This document shows, one piece after another, positions 1 to 12,565 of a stretch of 64,000 nt of DNA. Origin of the DNA: a cyanobacterium endosymbiont of Rhopalodia gibba. Lineage in GTDB: Bacteria > Cyanobacteriota > Cyanobacteriia > Cyanobacteriales > Microcystaceae. Positions within the stretch are counted from its first letter, which is position 1. The number at the start of each line of letters is the position of its first letter. A program made the translations under genes and the position numbers. The stretch lies in NCBI GenBank assembly GCA_045159875.1, contig CP067995.1:1664001-1728000 (forward strand). The letters run 5' to 3'. The notes under the pieces were generated by a model. The model did not search any database, had not been told where the DNA came from, and saw nothing but the letters and a program-made list of their open reading frames with translations.

Positions 1-187
1 AAAAATTCACATTCAATATATGCCTGTGGCGATTAATATGTTTGAACTGAATGAAAGAAAATATTGATTCTTAAGGTAGGCATCTCCCACTTATTTTAAG
101 TGAATTAATTTAATTAACCTGATTGTTATTTCTGACATTGACAAAGACCACTTTTTATAAATTTATTAACTTTTGACAAAGTTACTG

Positions 188-1381
188 TTAGTCAATCTCT
201 GTAACTCGCCAACTTAATTTAAGATTAAACCAAAAATTCCAAAGAGTCACTAGGGCAATCGATAATAAGTTTGCGATGTATCTATTATAGTCAAAAATAC
301 TAACAAATATATTTAAAAATAATACATTAAGAACTAATCCTGCCAAACAAATTAAATTAAATTTAATTAAGCGTTTTAATTTTTGTCTTTTTCCTGGTTG
401 TCGGAGGGAAATATCTCCAAATGTCCAATAATCATTCCAGAAAAAATTATTAATAACAGCTAACTCAGCCGCGATAATTTTACTCCGTGTTAAAGGTAAT
501 TCTGGTCCAATATTATTACTTAATAGATAAAGAAATCCCATGTCAACAATAACACCAGTTAATCCAACTAAACTAAACTTGATAAATCGGGCTGAAATTG
601 ATAAGCGTAAGCCCAATAAATGCTGAATATATTCTACATATTGTTTCCAAGTGACCTTACTCTCTCCATCCTGACGTTCTCGAAACACATAACCTACTTC
701 AGCAATCCAACTAATACAACCTCTTGCAGCTACCTCAATGAGGATTTTGTATCCCACTGGACTCAAAGCCTTGCAAGCTATAGCATTACGACGCACCATA
801 AAATAGCCACTCATAGGGTCAGAAAGGCGACTAATAACTTCTGGGAGAATTATCAGTCCTAATATTTGCGCCCCACGGGAGAGAAAGCGACGCAAAATGC
901 TCCATTCACTGACACCTCCTCCTTCAACATGACGACTAGCAACAGCTAAATCAGCTCCCCTTTCCATTTCTTCCAATAGTTCTTCTAACACTTCTGGGGG
1001 ATGCTGTAAGTCTGCATCAATGACCCCTAAAATTTCTCCTTGCGCTACTTGCCACCCTCGAATAACTGCCGTTGATAAACCCTTTTCCTCAACACGGCGC
1101 ATCACATACAATTGGGGATAATTAGAGGTTAATTCTAAAGCTAATTGCCAGGTATGATCAGGACTATCGTCATCAACAATTATTAGTTCATAACGTCCTG
1201 GCATATATTGGTCCAGCAACTGACTTAAAATTTCAACGATATCCTTAATGTTCCCAGCTTCATTATAAGTTGGAAGAATGAGAGATAATTTTGGAAGACA
1301 ATCGCGAGCAATTTCTTTAGTTGGACAAAAGTAAGGAATTTTTAAAGTCCCAGAGGGAGTAGAGAGAAGAGATTGATTCAT
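188..1381 (-). CDS. GT2 polyprenol-phosphate glycosyltransferase (DPM1/GtrB-like) fused to a C-terminal GtrA-like flippase domain
   Basis: LSLILPTYNEAGNI, IIVDDDSPDHT, IDADLQHPPE and RQDGESK are DPM1-like GT2 motifs. The hydrophobic C-terminus (RFIKFSLVGLTGVIVD...NNFFWNDYWTF...WNFWFNLKLSW) is typical of GtrA. Confidence 0.9.
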   Translation of the reverse strand: MNQSLLSTPSGTLKIPYFCPTKEIARDCLPKLSLILPTYNEAGNIKDIVEILSQLLDQYMPGRYELIIVDDDSPDHTWQLALELTSNYPQLYVMRRVEEKGLSTAVIRGWQVAQGEILGVIDADLQHPPEVLEELLEEMERGADLAVASRHVEGGGVSEWSILRRFLSRGAQILGLIILPEVISRLSDPMSGYFMVRRNAIACKALSPVGYKILIEVAARGCISWIAEVGYVFRERQDGESKVTWKQYVEYIQHLLGLRLSISARFIKFSLVGLTGVIVDMGFLYLLSNNIGPELPLTRSKIIAAELAVINNFFWNDYWTFGDISLRQPGKRQKLKRLIKFNLICLAGLVLNVLFLNIFVSIFDYNRYIANLLSIALVTLWNFWFNLKLSWRVTEID

Positions 1382-1724
1382 TAGTTATTAAAGTTCAATA
1401 AAAGTTGTTTAAGAATAGCTTGACAATATTACCGATTGTCAATTGAGTTATACAACAAGTTGTGAAAATTAATTAAATACAGTGCTCTTTAATCAAAGAT
1501 ATGCTTATTTTAATAAACTTGACTTGTTTCAATTCAATTCTACTAACTCAATGGGTTGACACAGATACTTAAAAGAGAAAAGATTATGGAAGGAAATTAT
1601 AGATAAAATAGTTTCAGGTTCATATCATACATCCTAATTTATGTAAAAACTCTGAATTTATATTCCCATTCTATCGAAGGAAACCTCATTTTTCTTCTAT
1701 AAAAATACTTGATTTTTATTGTCT

Positions 1725-2910
1725 ATGTTATCAAAATAAAAAGCCCGCAGTTCGGGGTACGATTTGGACAATACCAAGTCAAAGGAGAAGTAAAGCTTTG
1801 CGTCTTACTAGTATTATTCCTGGTCTAAGAGGAGAATATCAAGTTTTTCTCAACACATCTCAAATTTTACAAGTTGTTTGTGATTTTGTTTTGTGATTAG
1901 GTTGTTGCTTTATCGATTAGCCTATCGCCCGATTTAACGATAGTTTTCAAGTTTTATGGCTAATGCCAATTACTAGTTTGACTACCATTGTTAATGGATT
2001 TAACTCTATTTCTTTAGCTATTCTCAATCGTAAGATAGAATTAGACATCCTAAAAAGATTTTAATTCGGGGTTCAATTTTTAGCAATAGCTAGCAGAGTT
2101 ATCTGGGATCCTTTTCAAGGAACTATTTTGGCTTTAGTTGGTGGAGGTTTACGTAATAACATAGGCTATCTCTTAGAGGCAAGTTCACTCAGACGTTTTG
2201 CTTAGGAAAAAGAGTCGGTCAAAGAATTCGTCTCTTTTGGTTGCTGGATTTTCGTCTCTACATTAATATTCTTGTTGACTAACCAAGCTGATAAACTCCT
2301 TTCAGGAAAATTCTTGTACTTAAAGATTTTAAGTATTTATACAGTTGCTTTTCTACTTACTAACTTGTCTAAGATAGTAGCAGAAAGAATAAGCCATCAG
2401 GTAATTTTCCCTTTGATAGCTCACATTGATAGGTCGTAACACTGAAATTTTTAAGGTAAAATTTCAATCAAAAATCTCTAAAGTCCGTTAGCATATTCTA
2501 CTTTTTATACTGTATGGTATAACCATATTAGTAAGTTTTGGTAGTATATTAATTCTTACTCTATACGATGACAGGTATGTCCAGGCAGTTTAGATGTTGT
2601 CAATTTTTTTCTTAGGAATTTGGACAACAACTCTTTTTATGAGCATTAATCCAATTCTGTTTGCTATAGGTAAGCCATCTTATGGGACATATAAAAAATT
2701 TTTTAATTTTTTATATATGATTGTTATCTTGCCATTATCGTTTTGTTTATAGGAAATTTTTAGCGTCATACTTATGATTACATTCAATGAAATTATGCCT
2801 TATGCTCCAGTTGTATATAGTGCCTAAAGACAAAAAATCAATACATTAAAAGAGTACATGATAATGACTATATTTTTAATCATAAGTATTGCACCAATTA
2901 GTCTTCTCTA
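1725..2910 (+). pseudogene. Oligosaccharide flippase (Wzx / polysaccharide biosynthesis protein) pseudogene
   Basis: Begins ATG...ML SK*KPAVRGTIWTI. From 2221 it reads KEFVSFGCWIFVSTLIFLLTNQADKLLSGKF, resembling cyanobacterial Wzx segments. Many stops, frameshifts and deletions. End approximate. Confidence 0.8.
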
Positions 2911-3009
2911 AAATTATTTACTAGTTCAGATTTTAGCTTTTTTAAACTTATTTTTAAAAATTCTTAATAAACATAAATTTAAACTCATATTCTATTATTT
3001 TAAATCTAA

Positions 3010-3900
3010 AATAGACTACTGCTAACTTATTCTATTTTATAGACAATAAAGATGTGTTTGGCATATTTTTAAATCATTGGTTTTGCTAAATAGAAAAGAA
3101 CAAATTTATATAAATATTTTTGTATTTTTTTAAAAAAATATCTGTCTCTCATAAAAAAAACTTATTTTTTATAAGAACTCATATAGATGATAAAGAGGTA
3201 TAATACTACAGTTCACTTTTTACTGATATTAAATCCGAGCAACTCTGTCAAAAAGTATCAACTGATTATGTCAAACTTACTGAATGTCCAGAAACAGTAA
3301 AATAAATTATAGAAAGATTAATAGAAGTCAAGATAATCTGGATAATGAAAAATTCTGTTGATCGATCTTCTACTCATAATAGACGTATAGTAATAACATC
3401 TAAACAAAAAATAAAAAATACATTTGAATAATAAATCAAACAAACTAGATTTTGTTTAGATGTTAGTAATCATTCAATAGACATAAAAAGTTAAATAATT
3501 TCTTAAAAAATTATTTTAATAGATGATTTATTCAATGATCTATCAGACACATTACAAAAAATTTTTCATTTTTTAAATATAGAGGATAAGCTTTATATAA
3601 GCCTATAAAAATACATAGTTATAAATTTTTTAAAAAAAATTTATAAAAATATAATAAGTGTTAAATTTACTAGCTCTATAAAAAAAATACGGGTATCCAA
3701 TAACTAATAAATTAATTACTATAAAGTCAATAGAATACAGATTAGAGTATTTTATTGACTTTATTTTGTATCCAATTAATGAAGACTAAAGTAGTCAATA
3801 TTTAGTTAATTCTACAAAATTAAATCCACAAAATAATTATAAAACAATTAGCAAAAAATAACTATCAATCAGCTCAATTATTGAATATAAACTTATTTTT
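3010..3900 (+). pseudogene. Sulfotransferase pseudogene, heavily decayed
   Basis: VKIIWIMKNSVDRS at 3327 resembles the 3'-PB motif K.I.ILRNPVDR.YS. DDLFNDLSDTLQKIFHFLNIE at 3522 resembles (Y/F)EDL..DP...L..I..FLG. Boundaries approximate. Confidence 0.65.
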
Positions 3901-3933
3901 TAAAAATTTAAAGTACTTTAAATTTTTAAAAAA
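3896..3933. repeat. 38-bp perfect palindrome
   Basis: TTTTTTAAAAATTTAAAGT|ACTTTAAATTTTTAAAAAA, with 19-bp arms and no loop. Low complexity. Confidence 0.85.
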
Positions 3934-4756
3934 ATTAATTTTAAATAATTATTTTAGTTCGATTATACAGCGATTAATTTTGATAAATACAATGAACTAA
4001 AATAGTTTGGGTTAAAATTAATACTATTCTAAAGTGAGTTCTACTCAATTCATAAATACTGTTATTATTCTCAATATCTACGTTAAAATATAACAAAGTT
4101 AACAATCACCTGAAATGATAGCTACAAACAATTAGAACTACAATTTTTTGAAAAAATAAAAAGTTAGACTAGCCTGTATATTAATATATAACTAAGAAAA
4201 AACATTTTAGATAAGTAAGTATGAGTAATTTATTTATTCAAGGAATAAATAGTTGTAAACACTTTTATATTTTGAGTATTTAAACTGGAAAATATTTTTG
4301 AACTGGTCTTTAAATTGTTTAATATAAAAACACTTATAAAGTCAAAATTTAATAATTAATGATACAATTTAATTTAAATATTTATTATTTTTTTTATAAA
4401 AAATATTCCGGTTAAATCTTGTATTTACTTATAAATAGGTAATGTTTATCTATATTGTCTAGAGTTCAATTAAAAGGCAATAATTTACCATATTTATATA
4501 CAATTAATGTAGTTTAAGTTTCTGATACCATCCAACATAGTTTTGATTCTAGTTAACTATACTTTTAAAAACTTAGTAGTAAAATTTATGACATAAGTTC
4601 CTGTAATTTCTTATTCACAAATAAGCAAGAAATACTATAATATCGTTGTTTAAGTCATCAATTTTATAAAAATAAAATAACTAACTATATTAAATGGTAC
4701 TTTATTGTATTAGAGAATAACTTCTAGAAGAAAAATAAAGTTGTTGTTGATAAATG

Positions 4757-4802
4757 CTATTAAAATAGGGAAAGTATTACAATACTTTCCCTATTTTAAT
4801 AG
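4757..4802. repeat. Perfect inverted repeat, 22-bp arms, 2-nt loop
   Basis: CTATTAAAATAGGGAAAGTATT-AC-AATACTTTCCCTATTTTAATAG. Confidence 0.95.
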
Positions 4803-5043
4803 AAGTATTATAGAGCACAAAATACTTCGGCAAGATCTAGTCTTGATCTTATATCTTCAGGACTAAATATCAATAAATCTAGCCTCTAACATAGATCGGC
4901 TATTTTTTCTTCTATCCATAATTTTTTGTCTAACTCACATTACTCTAAGTTTTCAGTAAAATTTTAATCTCAAAAAGATTACCTTAAAATATAAATGCTC
5001 GGATAAAAGTTATATATAAATAGATCATCAATAAATATTACTA

Positions 5044-6420
5044 ATGCTCCATATAGCTACACTGGCAATCTTGGTATGGGTACTAATTGGCATTTTTATA
5101 TGTTTATAATTACTACCAAGAGGAGCAGTAATTGTAAGTTTTTTAGTAGCTTAGTTATTTCTACTATAAAAGATGGATTTCTTATTCCTAGGGATTCTAA
5201 CCTATAAAAGGATATCAGCTACTTGCTATAACATTTTATTTTTATCAATTTTGTTTGACAGTCAACATTATAAATATTTTTAATTTAATTGACTTGATTT
5301 ACCGATAGTAGTTCTGTGTATCTGTCCTTTTTTTCTATTATTAATGGATTGGGAGTATACAACGGATCATAAACAGTTATTAAAACCATAGATATGGACT
5401 ACTCTACTTTTTAGAGCTAATTTGTTTTAATTATTTATTTAAATTACGTTAAATGGCTATTAACATTTTTATCAGTAGATTAATTTATCTTCCTCTATAT
5501 TTATTTTAGATTAGAATGAGTCCAAAATTCCATCTGATAATGTATAGCTACCATATCCATAGTTATGCTCAAACCGTTCGTTATGGAGGATTTAGACTGA
5601 CAGTCTTTATGTAATGCGGTCTTGAACTCGGAATGTAGATGATGGCTGTAACATTAATTAGAATTTGGTTATGGTAAGTAAAAGTTATTGAGAAAGTAGG
5701 GCCCATACCTATTACTTGGTTAGTGGAAGCATTAAAAATAATATTTGTATTGCTTAAATCTACTGCAACTTATATTTATTTAACTTACGATTGCATTATC
5801 TTGTTCATAGATAAATTTTTTTGGAATAATATAGCTTTGTTAATTTTTCACATAGGAGTATCAGGGTATTTCTCTTTAGCATCCACTGGGAATTTATCTA
5901 AGAAAAATACTGAACTGTTTTTTTCTTGAATTGCTAACCTGCTTGAAGAGGATAGAACTCGCTCTTTGGTATTTCGGTTAGAGAATGAAAAAATTTCAGT
6001 CAAAAAAGCATTAGAAAGACAGATATTTGGGCGGGGAGGATTTGATGGGAATCGTATTTATCTAGAAAACTGGAGAAGAGAATTAATTTATGTTTCAACA
6101 ACAGGCAACTTATGAATTATTACTTATATGGTTAACGGAATGCTAGTAGTAGTTAGTCTATACACTTCTTTATTCTTTCCTTTATTAATCTTTGCCTTAA
6201 AACGCTATCCTACTAAATTTTACTTGACTCCCCAAACAACACCAGCAGCAGTTCTATTAGTTGTGCTTACTATATCCTATGTTAGATAGTACATTAAATG
6301 CTATGTTTAATCCAGTTTTTACAGCAATTTATGGAGTAATTGTCGGTTTAGTCATATAAGCCTCACGGATAGAAGGACAACAAAAATGAATTCTAGTTCT
6401 ACCAAACTTATTATGTAAAA
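5044..6420 (+). pseudogene. O-antigen polymerase/ligase (Wzy-like) pseudogene
   Basis: PRGAVIVSFLVA*LFL near the start, RYGGFRLTVFM*CGL at 5579 (family RxGGxRPxVFMxHGL) and DRTRSLVFRLENEKI at 5951 (family DRAQSLEFRFxNE). The 5723-5929 ORF is a fragment of this gene. Confidence 0.8.
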
Positions 6421-7241
6421 CTGCGACTTTAAGATGAGGAAACAAATAACAGAGAATTAGGAACAGATTTCAACTTCTTATTTTTTTGATTTAACTAAAT
6501 AACTAATCTACTTTCCTCTTCCAATAAAGTTAAGAATTATTATACTTCTTTATTCTGAGTAAAGTTTTACTCTTTTAAATCAAATTGGACAAGTTCCGTT
6601 TTTTATTTACCGAGTCTTGCCTTGTATTAAAAAATTTGATACATTCTCTCCTAATATCGTGGTCAGTATTTTTTTTGCTATGGGAGCTTAAATCAAAACA
6701 GTACTTTTTAAAATCTGTTGAAACATGCTACATAGTACATCATTAGAAAGTGTTCTAGTCAAAAAATAGCGCTTTTAAGTAAAATATATCATTTTTTAAA
6801 AACGATTAAATTGATAAAATAATTAATACCTGATATATTTTTAAATATCTTTTTTTAACCAGTTTTCTCTCTGTTTTTTGTCCCAGTTTTCCACTATTAG
6901 TTTACCATTGAAAACTCAATAAAACCAAAATTTTTAATAAAAAAAGAAGTTAAAAAATAAGTTTATCTAAAATTAAATTAAAAAAAATTAATTATTTTTA
7001 ATAATAGCTAGAGTATAGATTCTCTTATATATAATTTAACAGAATCTTACTGTTCTTTTATCTTGTCAATTTTATAAACTGCAAGTAATTTTTTTTACCC
7101 GTATTAAAAATCATACTGTCCAAGTACATTAAAACTTGAATCACTAAGTATTAATTATATTTGAGTTTTATATGTAAAAATTGCAGAGTAGCACTAGTCA
7201 TCAAAGTTTATTTAGTTTACAGTAACTTTCTCTATAAAAAG

Positions 7242-9311
7242 TTACTGTAAATTAAGTAAATTAGACTTTTGCATTTGTTTTAATAGTTCTTTCAGAGTTT
7301 CGGCTGGTTCTAAACAAACTAATCCTTGACAAAACAACCCAACAGAATTTCTAGGAAGATTATTATCGATGCGATAAACTGTAGTAGGAAAATATTGGGA
7401 ACTTAATTCTTTGAAAACCTCCTGGTTGGTTCTTACTAAACTGCCAAAACGATACGAATCTAAGGCTAAAAATAAACTTGGACAAACTTTAGGTGATTGA
7501 CTTAGAACAGAACTAAACGCCTGTAGTCCTTGTTCGGCGTGGTTAAAATATTCTAGGTTATCTGTAAGTCTGGCTAAGCGTACTAAATTGCTTAAGGCAA
7601 TACCATTAGCGGAAGGAGTAGCATTATCGATATAGTTCCGTTTTCGGACTAATAAATCTTCACTATTATCAAAAGCGTTATTAAAGTAACCTCCCTTTTC
7701 TATACTCCAGAAAAACTCGTCAAATTCTTCTTGAACAGTGATCGCTTTTTCTAGCCATTGAGTTTGGCTAGGATTTGCCGTTTGTAAGTCTAATAATGCT
7801 TTGATAAATAAAGCATAATCTTCTGACTGAGCTAATACAGAGGGGTTACCACTATAATTGAGACGATTTAATCGGTTTTCTCTCCATTGTTCATTCAGAA
7901 TAAACTCAGTAGCCTTGATAGCTAATTCCCAATACAAAGGTTCTCTAAAAACCCCATAAGCCCTAGCTAAACCTGAAATCATTAAACTATTCCAGGCAAC
8001 AATCATTTTAGTATCTGTTACAGGAGGAATACGTCCTATCCAGGATCTCTTTGTGACTTCTTCGTTATTTTGGGCTGGAGGAAAAATAGTTAAATTTTCT
8101 CTAGAATTTCCATAACGTAACGTGAATAATCGATCTAATACTTTTTCTAACTCTTCTGACAATACTCCTTTTTGATAAAGTTGTAAGACATTTTTTCCCT
8201 CAAAATTTCCTTGAGGGGTAATGGAAAATGCTCTTGCTAACGCTTCTAATTCGCCTGGGGTTAAACTGTCTTCTAACTGTTGATAACTCCAGACATAAAA
8301 TGCTCCTTCTTCAGGTTTTCTAGCTTGGGTAGTAGTAAAATTATCTGCATCCTGAGATGCATAAAAATAGCCTTGGGGAGCAGTCATTTCACGTTGTAAC
8401 CATTCCACTGTGCGAGTAATCGCTCGTTTAAACGCTGGTTCAGTTTGGCCTTGACTCCAAAGATTAGCTAAATATTCGATGATTTGCCCATTGTCATAGA
8501 GCATCTTTTCAAAATGCGGAACTGTCCAAGTTGAATCTACGGTATAACGATGGAAGCCGCCGCCTACATGGTCATAAATTCCCCCTAAAGCTAAATCTTC
8601 TCCCCTTTGATTAGCAAGAGCTTTACTCTCTTCTTGATAATCCCAAGCAAACCTACTTCCTTGTAAAGCGATATTTGCATATGGAATCATTGGAAAACAA
8701 GGATGGTTAACATTTTGGGAACTAACCTTAATAATCTCCGTATTGATAGTAATTCCTTGTAAAAAAAGCTCGTTGTTTAGTAATTCGGTTTCGGTTAACG
8801 GAAAAAGATCTGACCTTCGTAGAGTAGTCAGAATTTCTTGTTTGAAATTATTTAGTTTTTCAGTTTCTGTGTCATAAAAACGGCGAATTGACTGTAAAAC
8901 TTGCAAAAAACCGGGGCGGCCATAACGGGGCTCCACTGGGAAATAAGTTCCTCCATAGAAAGGAACCATATCACCCGGTGTTAAAAAAATATTGAGTGGC
9001 CATCCTCCTTGTAACCCCATCATCTGAACTGCCTGCATATAAATTCTGTCCAAATCAGGACGTTCTTCTCGGTCTACTTTAATAGGCAGAAAGTTGATAT
9101 TAAGATAATCGGCGATCACTTGATCACAAAAGGCTTCTCCCTCCATCACCGTACACCAGTGACAGCTAGAATAGCCTATTGAAAGAAAAATTGGTTTGTT
9201 CTGTTTTTTGGCTATTAAAAGGGCTTCTTCGCACCAATACCACCAGTCTATGGGATTATCAGAGTGTTTACGTAAGTAAAGACTTTGAGTCATGGCCAGA
9301 CGGTTAAACAT
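7242..9311 (-). CDS. Thioredoxin-domain / six-hairpin glycosidase-like protein (YyaL/DUF255 family)
   Basis: NRLA..QSLYLRKH..NPIDW, SIGYSSCHWCTVME, IKVDREERPDLD, GGWPLNIFLTP and PHFEKMLYDN. Confidence 0.92.
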   Translation of the reverse strand: MFNRLAMTQSLYLRKHSDNPIDWWYWCEEALLIAKKQNKPIFLSIGYSSCHWCTVMEGEAFCDQVIADYLNINFLPIKVDREERPDLDRIYMQAVQMMGLQGGWPLNIFLTPGDMVPFYGGTYFPVEPRYGRPGFLQVLQSIRRFYDTETEKLNNFKQEILTTLRRSDLFPLTETELLNNELFLQGITINTEIIKVSSQNVNHPCFPMIPYANIALQGSRFAWDYQEESKALANQRGEDLALGGIYDHVGGGFHRYTVDSTWTVPHFEKMLYDNGQIIEYLANLWSQGQTEPAFKRAITRTVEWLQREMTAPQGYFYASQDADNFTTTQARKPEEGAFYVWSYQQLEDSLTPGELEALARAFSITPQGNFEGKNVLQLYQKGVLSEELEKVLDRLFTLRYGNSRENLTIFPPAQNNEEVTKRSWIGRIPPVTDTKMIVAWNSLMISGLARAYGVFREPLYWELAIKATEFILNEQWRENRLNRLNYSGNPSVLAQSEDYALFIKALLDLQTANPSQTQWLEKAITVQEEFDEFFWSIEKGGYFNNAFDNSEDLLVRKRNYIDNATPSANGIALSNLVRLARLTDNLEYFNHAEQGLQAFSSVLSQSPKVCPSLFLALDSYRFGSLVRTNQEVFKELSSQYFPTTVYRIDNNLPRNSVGLFCQGLVCLEPAETLKELLKQMQKSNLLNLQ

Positions 9312-9589
9312 AAAAATTAAATAATCGCGTGTTTTTCCCCCAACAGTTTAACCGAAATTTTGGAAGAGATCCTTTCCTGAAATCTAGTCAGCTAAAAATA
9401 TGCTCAATCTAGTTTAGGTAAAGGGATTACAAAAAGTCAATTTAGCAAGATTCATTCCAATAATCTCTATTTATGCTAATTTTGTAGTACTCCTCTAAGA
9501 GACGGAACTTGATAATCCTTAATAAGGTCAACGAATTACGTTGAGTGTTATCAAACAGCGATAGTAACAATAGGTTATTTTAAAAAACG

Positions 9590-10849
9590 ATGAAAAAATT
9601 AAACTTACTACTGAGACTTGCAGCTCTAGCAAGCGTTACTTTTCCCAGCCTGATGTCTTTTAATATCTCTGCTCAAGCTTCAACCTTTGAAGAACAAGCT
9701 ATTCCACAAAATAACGTTATTGCGATTGCCAGACCTTATGGGCAGGGTAAATATGACCTGTTAATTATTGAACAAATCCCGGATAAACAAACTTGTTGGA
9801 CTGAGAGTGGCTCTAATCCCATTTTAGTAGATCCTCTCTTGTTAAATTTTGACTTTGCAGGAATTTGTCGCCGCGCTACCGATAGTAATGGCTATTCTAT
9901 TCGGGTTGACGGGAACGACTTAGGATTGGATTACCTCTTGCGTTTAGTTCCCCGTGATGGCGAGTTAGTACTAGTAGGAACCTCAAGGGCTGGTAATTAC
10001 CAAGAAATAGTTGTCGGTAGCACCAAAGGACTTGCTTCTGGGTTTATGAAAGTAATTCTGAATCCTGGATGGCAATTTTCCAAACGGTCCTATCAAGGAA
10101 AAGTGTTAGGTCACTTTTATTTAAGCGGATCTCAAACAGCGATAACTGGAGAAGGAGAAGCAACTGAAACCACAATTAATCCTAAACAAAGAATGACTTC
10201 AGTGGCAAAGACCAACTTGGAAAGTGTCTTTACAGATATTAACGATAATGTCTATAAGCGCGAGGTTGAACAAGCAGCAGCCATGAAGATTGTGACTGCT
10301 TTTGAAGACAATACCTTTCGTCCTCGAGAGGCTATTACCCGTGAACAACTAATTGTCATGGCTGTTGACGCTCTTGGAAAGGTGTCTAATGTGAACTTAG
10401 AGACAGAACCTCAACGGGACATTGTCACTTTCAAAGACGTATCAGGCGATCGCTGGAGTGCAAGGAAAATCAAATGGGCGCAGTGGAATTTTCTAAATGT
10501 TAGTAATCCTAATAATGCTCTTCGACCAACTGAGTCTATCACCCGGGCTGAATTAATTGATACTATGCGTAGTGTAACCATTTACCTGAAAAAACAACTC
10601 AATTTACCCATAGAAATTCAACAAAACCAAAAACCAGTTCAGTTTTCTGACATTTCTGGTAATTGGGCAAAAAATGTAATTAGCCAAATGTCGGGTTATT
10701 GTGGTGTTGCTAGTCCTCTTAACGAAGAGGGAATCGAGTTTGCTCCTGAGCGTAAAGCCACCCGTGATTATACGGCGGCGGTTCTAGTGCGGGTACTCGA
10801 GTGTATCCAGTCCGAGTCAAAACAAGCTAATAACATCACTGAAAGATAA
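9590..10849 (+). CDS. DUF3747 domain protein with C-terminal S-layer homology (SLH) repeats
   Basis: Signal peptide, then LLIIEQIP...CW..SGSNP..VDPLLLNFDF.GICRRATDSNGYSIR (DUF3747). FEDNTFRPREAITREQ and FSDISGNWA are SLH motifs. Confidence 0.88.
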   Translation: MKKLNLLLRLAALASVTFPSLMSFNISAQASTFEEQAIPQNNVIAIARPYGQGKYDLLIIEQIPDKQTCWTESGSNPILVDPLLLNFDFAGICRRATDSNGYSIRVDGNDLGLDYLLRLVPRDGELVLVGTSRAGNYQEIVVGSTKGLASGFMKVILNPGWQFSKRSYQGKVLGHFYLSGSQTAITGEGEATETTINPKQRMTSVAKTNLESVFTDINDNVYKREVEQAAAMKIVTAFEDNTFRPREAITREQLIVMAVDALGKVSNVNLETEPQRDIVTFKDVSGDRWSARKIKWAQWNFLNVSNPNNALRPTESITRAELIDTMRSVTIYLKKQLNLPIEIQQNQKPVQFSDISGNWAKNVISQMSGYCGVASPLNEEGIEFAPERKATRDYTAAVLVRVLECIQSESKQANNITER

Positions 10850-10875
10850 AAATTCTAATTTTAACTTAATGTTAA

Positions 10876-10906
10876 AGAGGAAAAGATTTTCCTTTTCTTT
10901 TCCTCT
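10876..10906. terminator. Probable bidirectional terminator between convergent genes
   Basis: AGAGGAAAAGA...TCTTTTCCTCT, an 11-bp stem between the SLH gene and glgC. Confidence 0.5.
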
Positions 10907-11020
10907 GACCGTTTATTTTTCTCTTAAGAAAGAGGTGGGTTGAATATCGTGTTTCTCGGCCCTGCAAAGTTAACCGGCAAGAAATCCCTTCCCCTTCGAG
11001 GCTGAAAATCTAGTTAACTA

Positions 11021-12310
11021 TTAGATAACTTTTCCGTCGGGAATGGTAGCATTTTTAAGTACGACTACAATACCGTTGCGAATATAGAAGCCTTCATCTT
11101 CACAATTTGATTCTTCGACTTGTTCTTTGTTGACAATAGCGACATTGCGGCCAATCCGCGCATTTTTATCCACAATTGCCCGTCTGATGGTACTATATTC
11201 TCCAATACCTATAGGGATCTCACCCTGCTGTTTTTGAGTTTGTCTAATTTCTAGAGACTCATAATAATCTGCTCCCATCACCATCGTATCTTCTATCGTG
11301 CAATTAGATTCGATTCTTGAACGAATTCCTAAGATAGAATTGTGAATATGGCATTCTTTTATTATACAGCCTTCACTAATCATCGATTCAGTGATATTAG
11401 AATTAAGAATCTTTGTTGGGGGTAAAGAACGTCCTCGGGTATAGACTGGAGCTTTTTCATGGTAGAAGCTAAAAGATGGGTTTGGCTGGCGATTGAGAGC
11501 TAAATTAGCTTCATAAAATGCTTCAATAGTCCCAATATCTTCCCAATATCCCTTAAATAGATAGGCCTGTAGATTATAATCTTTAGCAGAGAAAGGGATA
11601 ATTTCTTTGCCAAAATCTGTTTGTTCTGGATTTTTCTCCAAGAGTGTAGCTAAGACCTCTTTTTTAAAAACATAAATCCCCATGGAGGCAATATATGGAC
11701 TTTCTTCGGCTTGTTTTGCGTTTAAACCTAAAACAGTTGTATTAACTGCCATCCGTTTTAGTTCTTCCCCTTTAGGTTTTTCACTAAAATCAACAACGCG
11801 GCCGTAATCATCAATTTTCATTAACCCAAAACTGGAAGCTCGTTTTTTGTCAATGGGAACTACAGAAAGGGTAATATCGGCGTTAGTGTCCCGATGTCGT
11901 TGGATAAAATGCCTGTAATCCATCCGATAAAGATGGTCTCCAGAGAGAATTAAATACTCATCAACATCCCATTCTTTAAATGCCCAAATATACTGACGTA
12001 CTGCATCGGCGGTTCCTTGGAACCACTTAGGATTTTTTGGAGTTTGTTGTGCAGCTAATACTTCCACAAATCCATTACTAAATCCTGAAAACCTATAAGT
12101 TCGGGTGATGTGACGATTGAGGGAAGCAGAATTAAATTGGGTTAAAACATAGATTTTCAAAATTTCTGAGTTAATACAATTGCTCATTGGAATATCAATT
12201 AGACGGTATTTACCTGCGAGGGGAACAGCAGGCTTAGCCCGTAGCTTAGTGAGGGGATAAAGCCGCGTACCTGCTCCGCCACCAAGTATAATTGCTAAAA
12301 CTTTTTTCAC
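11021..12310 (-). CDS. glgC: Glucose-1-phosphate adenylyltransferase (ADP-glucose pyrophosphorylase)
   Basis: [49 protein letters not shown] and [12 protein letters not shown] start, 429 aa. Confidence 0.98.
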   Translation of the reverse strand: MKKVLAIILGGGAGTRLYPLTKLRAKPAVPLAGKYRLIDIPMSNCINSEILKIYVLTQFNSASLNRHITRTYRFSGFSNGFVEVLAAQQTPKNPKWFQGTADAVRQYIWAFKEWDVDEYLILSGDHLYRMDYRHFIQRHRDTNADITLSVVPIDKKRASSFGLMKIDDYGRVVDFSEKPKGEELKRMAVNTTVLGLNAKQAEESPYIASMGIYVFKKEVLATLLEKNPEQTDFGKEIIPFSAKDYNLQAYLFKGYWEDIGTIEAFYEANLALNRQPNPSFSFYHEKAPVYTRGRSLPPTKILNSNITESMISEGCIIKECHIHNSILGIRSRIESNCTIEDTMVMGADYYESLEIRQTQKQQGEIPIGIGEYSTIRRAIVDKNARIGRNVAIVNKEQVEESNCEDEGFYIRNGIVVVLKNATIPDGKVI

Positions 12311-12565
12311 AACAAAACCTCACTATTGCCTGTTACACTTCTTTCAGTAAAGTGTAGAACTGTGGGGGACATCTGGGAAGCAAATTTTAGATATTCATTC
12401 ACAATAGACCATCTACCTCCTCTTAATTACTAGGATTAAGGGCTAAGTAAAGTCTTAGAACATAAGTTTTTACCATATTCTACTAGACAGTAGATGAGTT
12501 TTGTTGAGAACAGAAATTACGGCTATCCACTATAACCCGACATCAAACAACATCAATTTGTTCAT

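Noticed and set aside
5723..5929. 68-aa ORF
   Set aside because: Fragment of the Wzy-like pseudogene.
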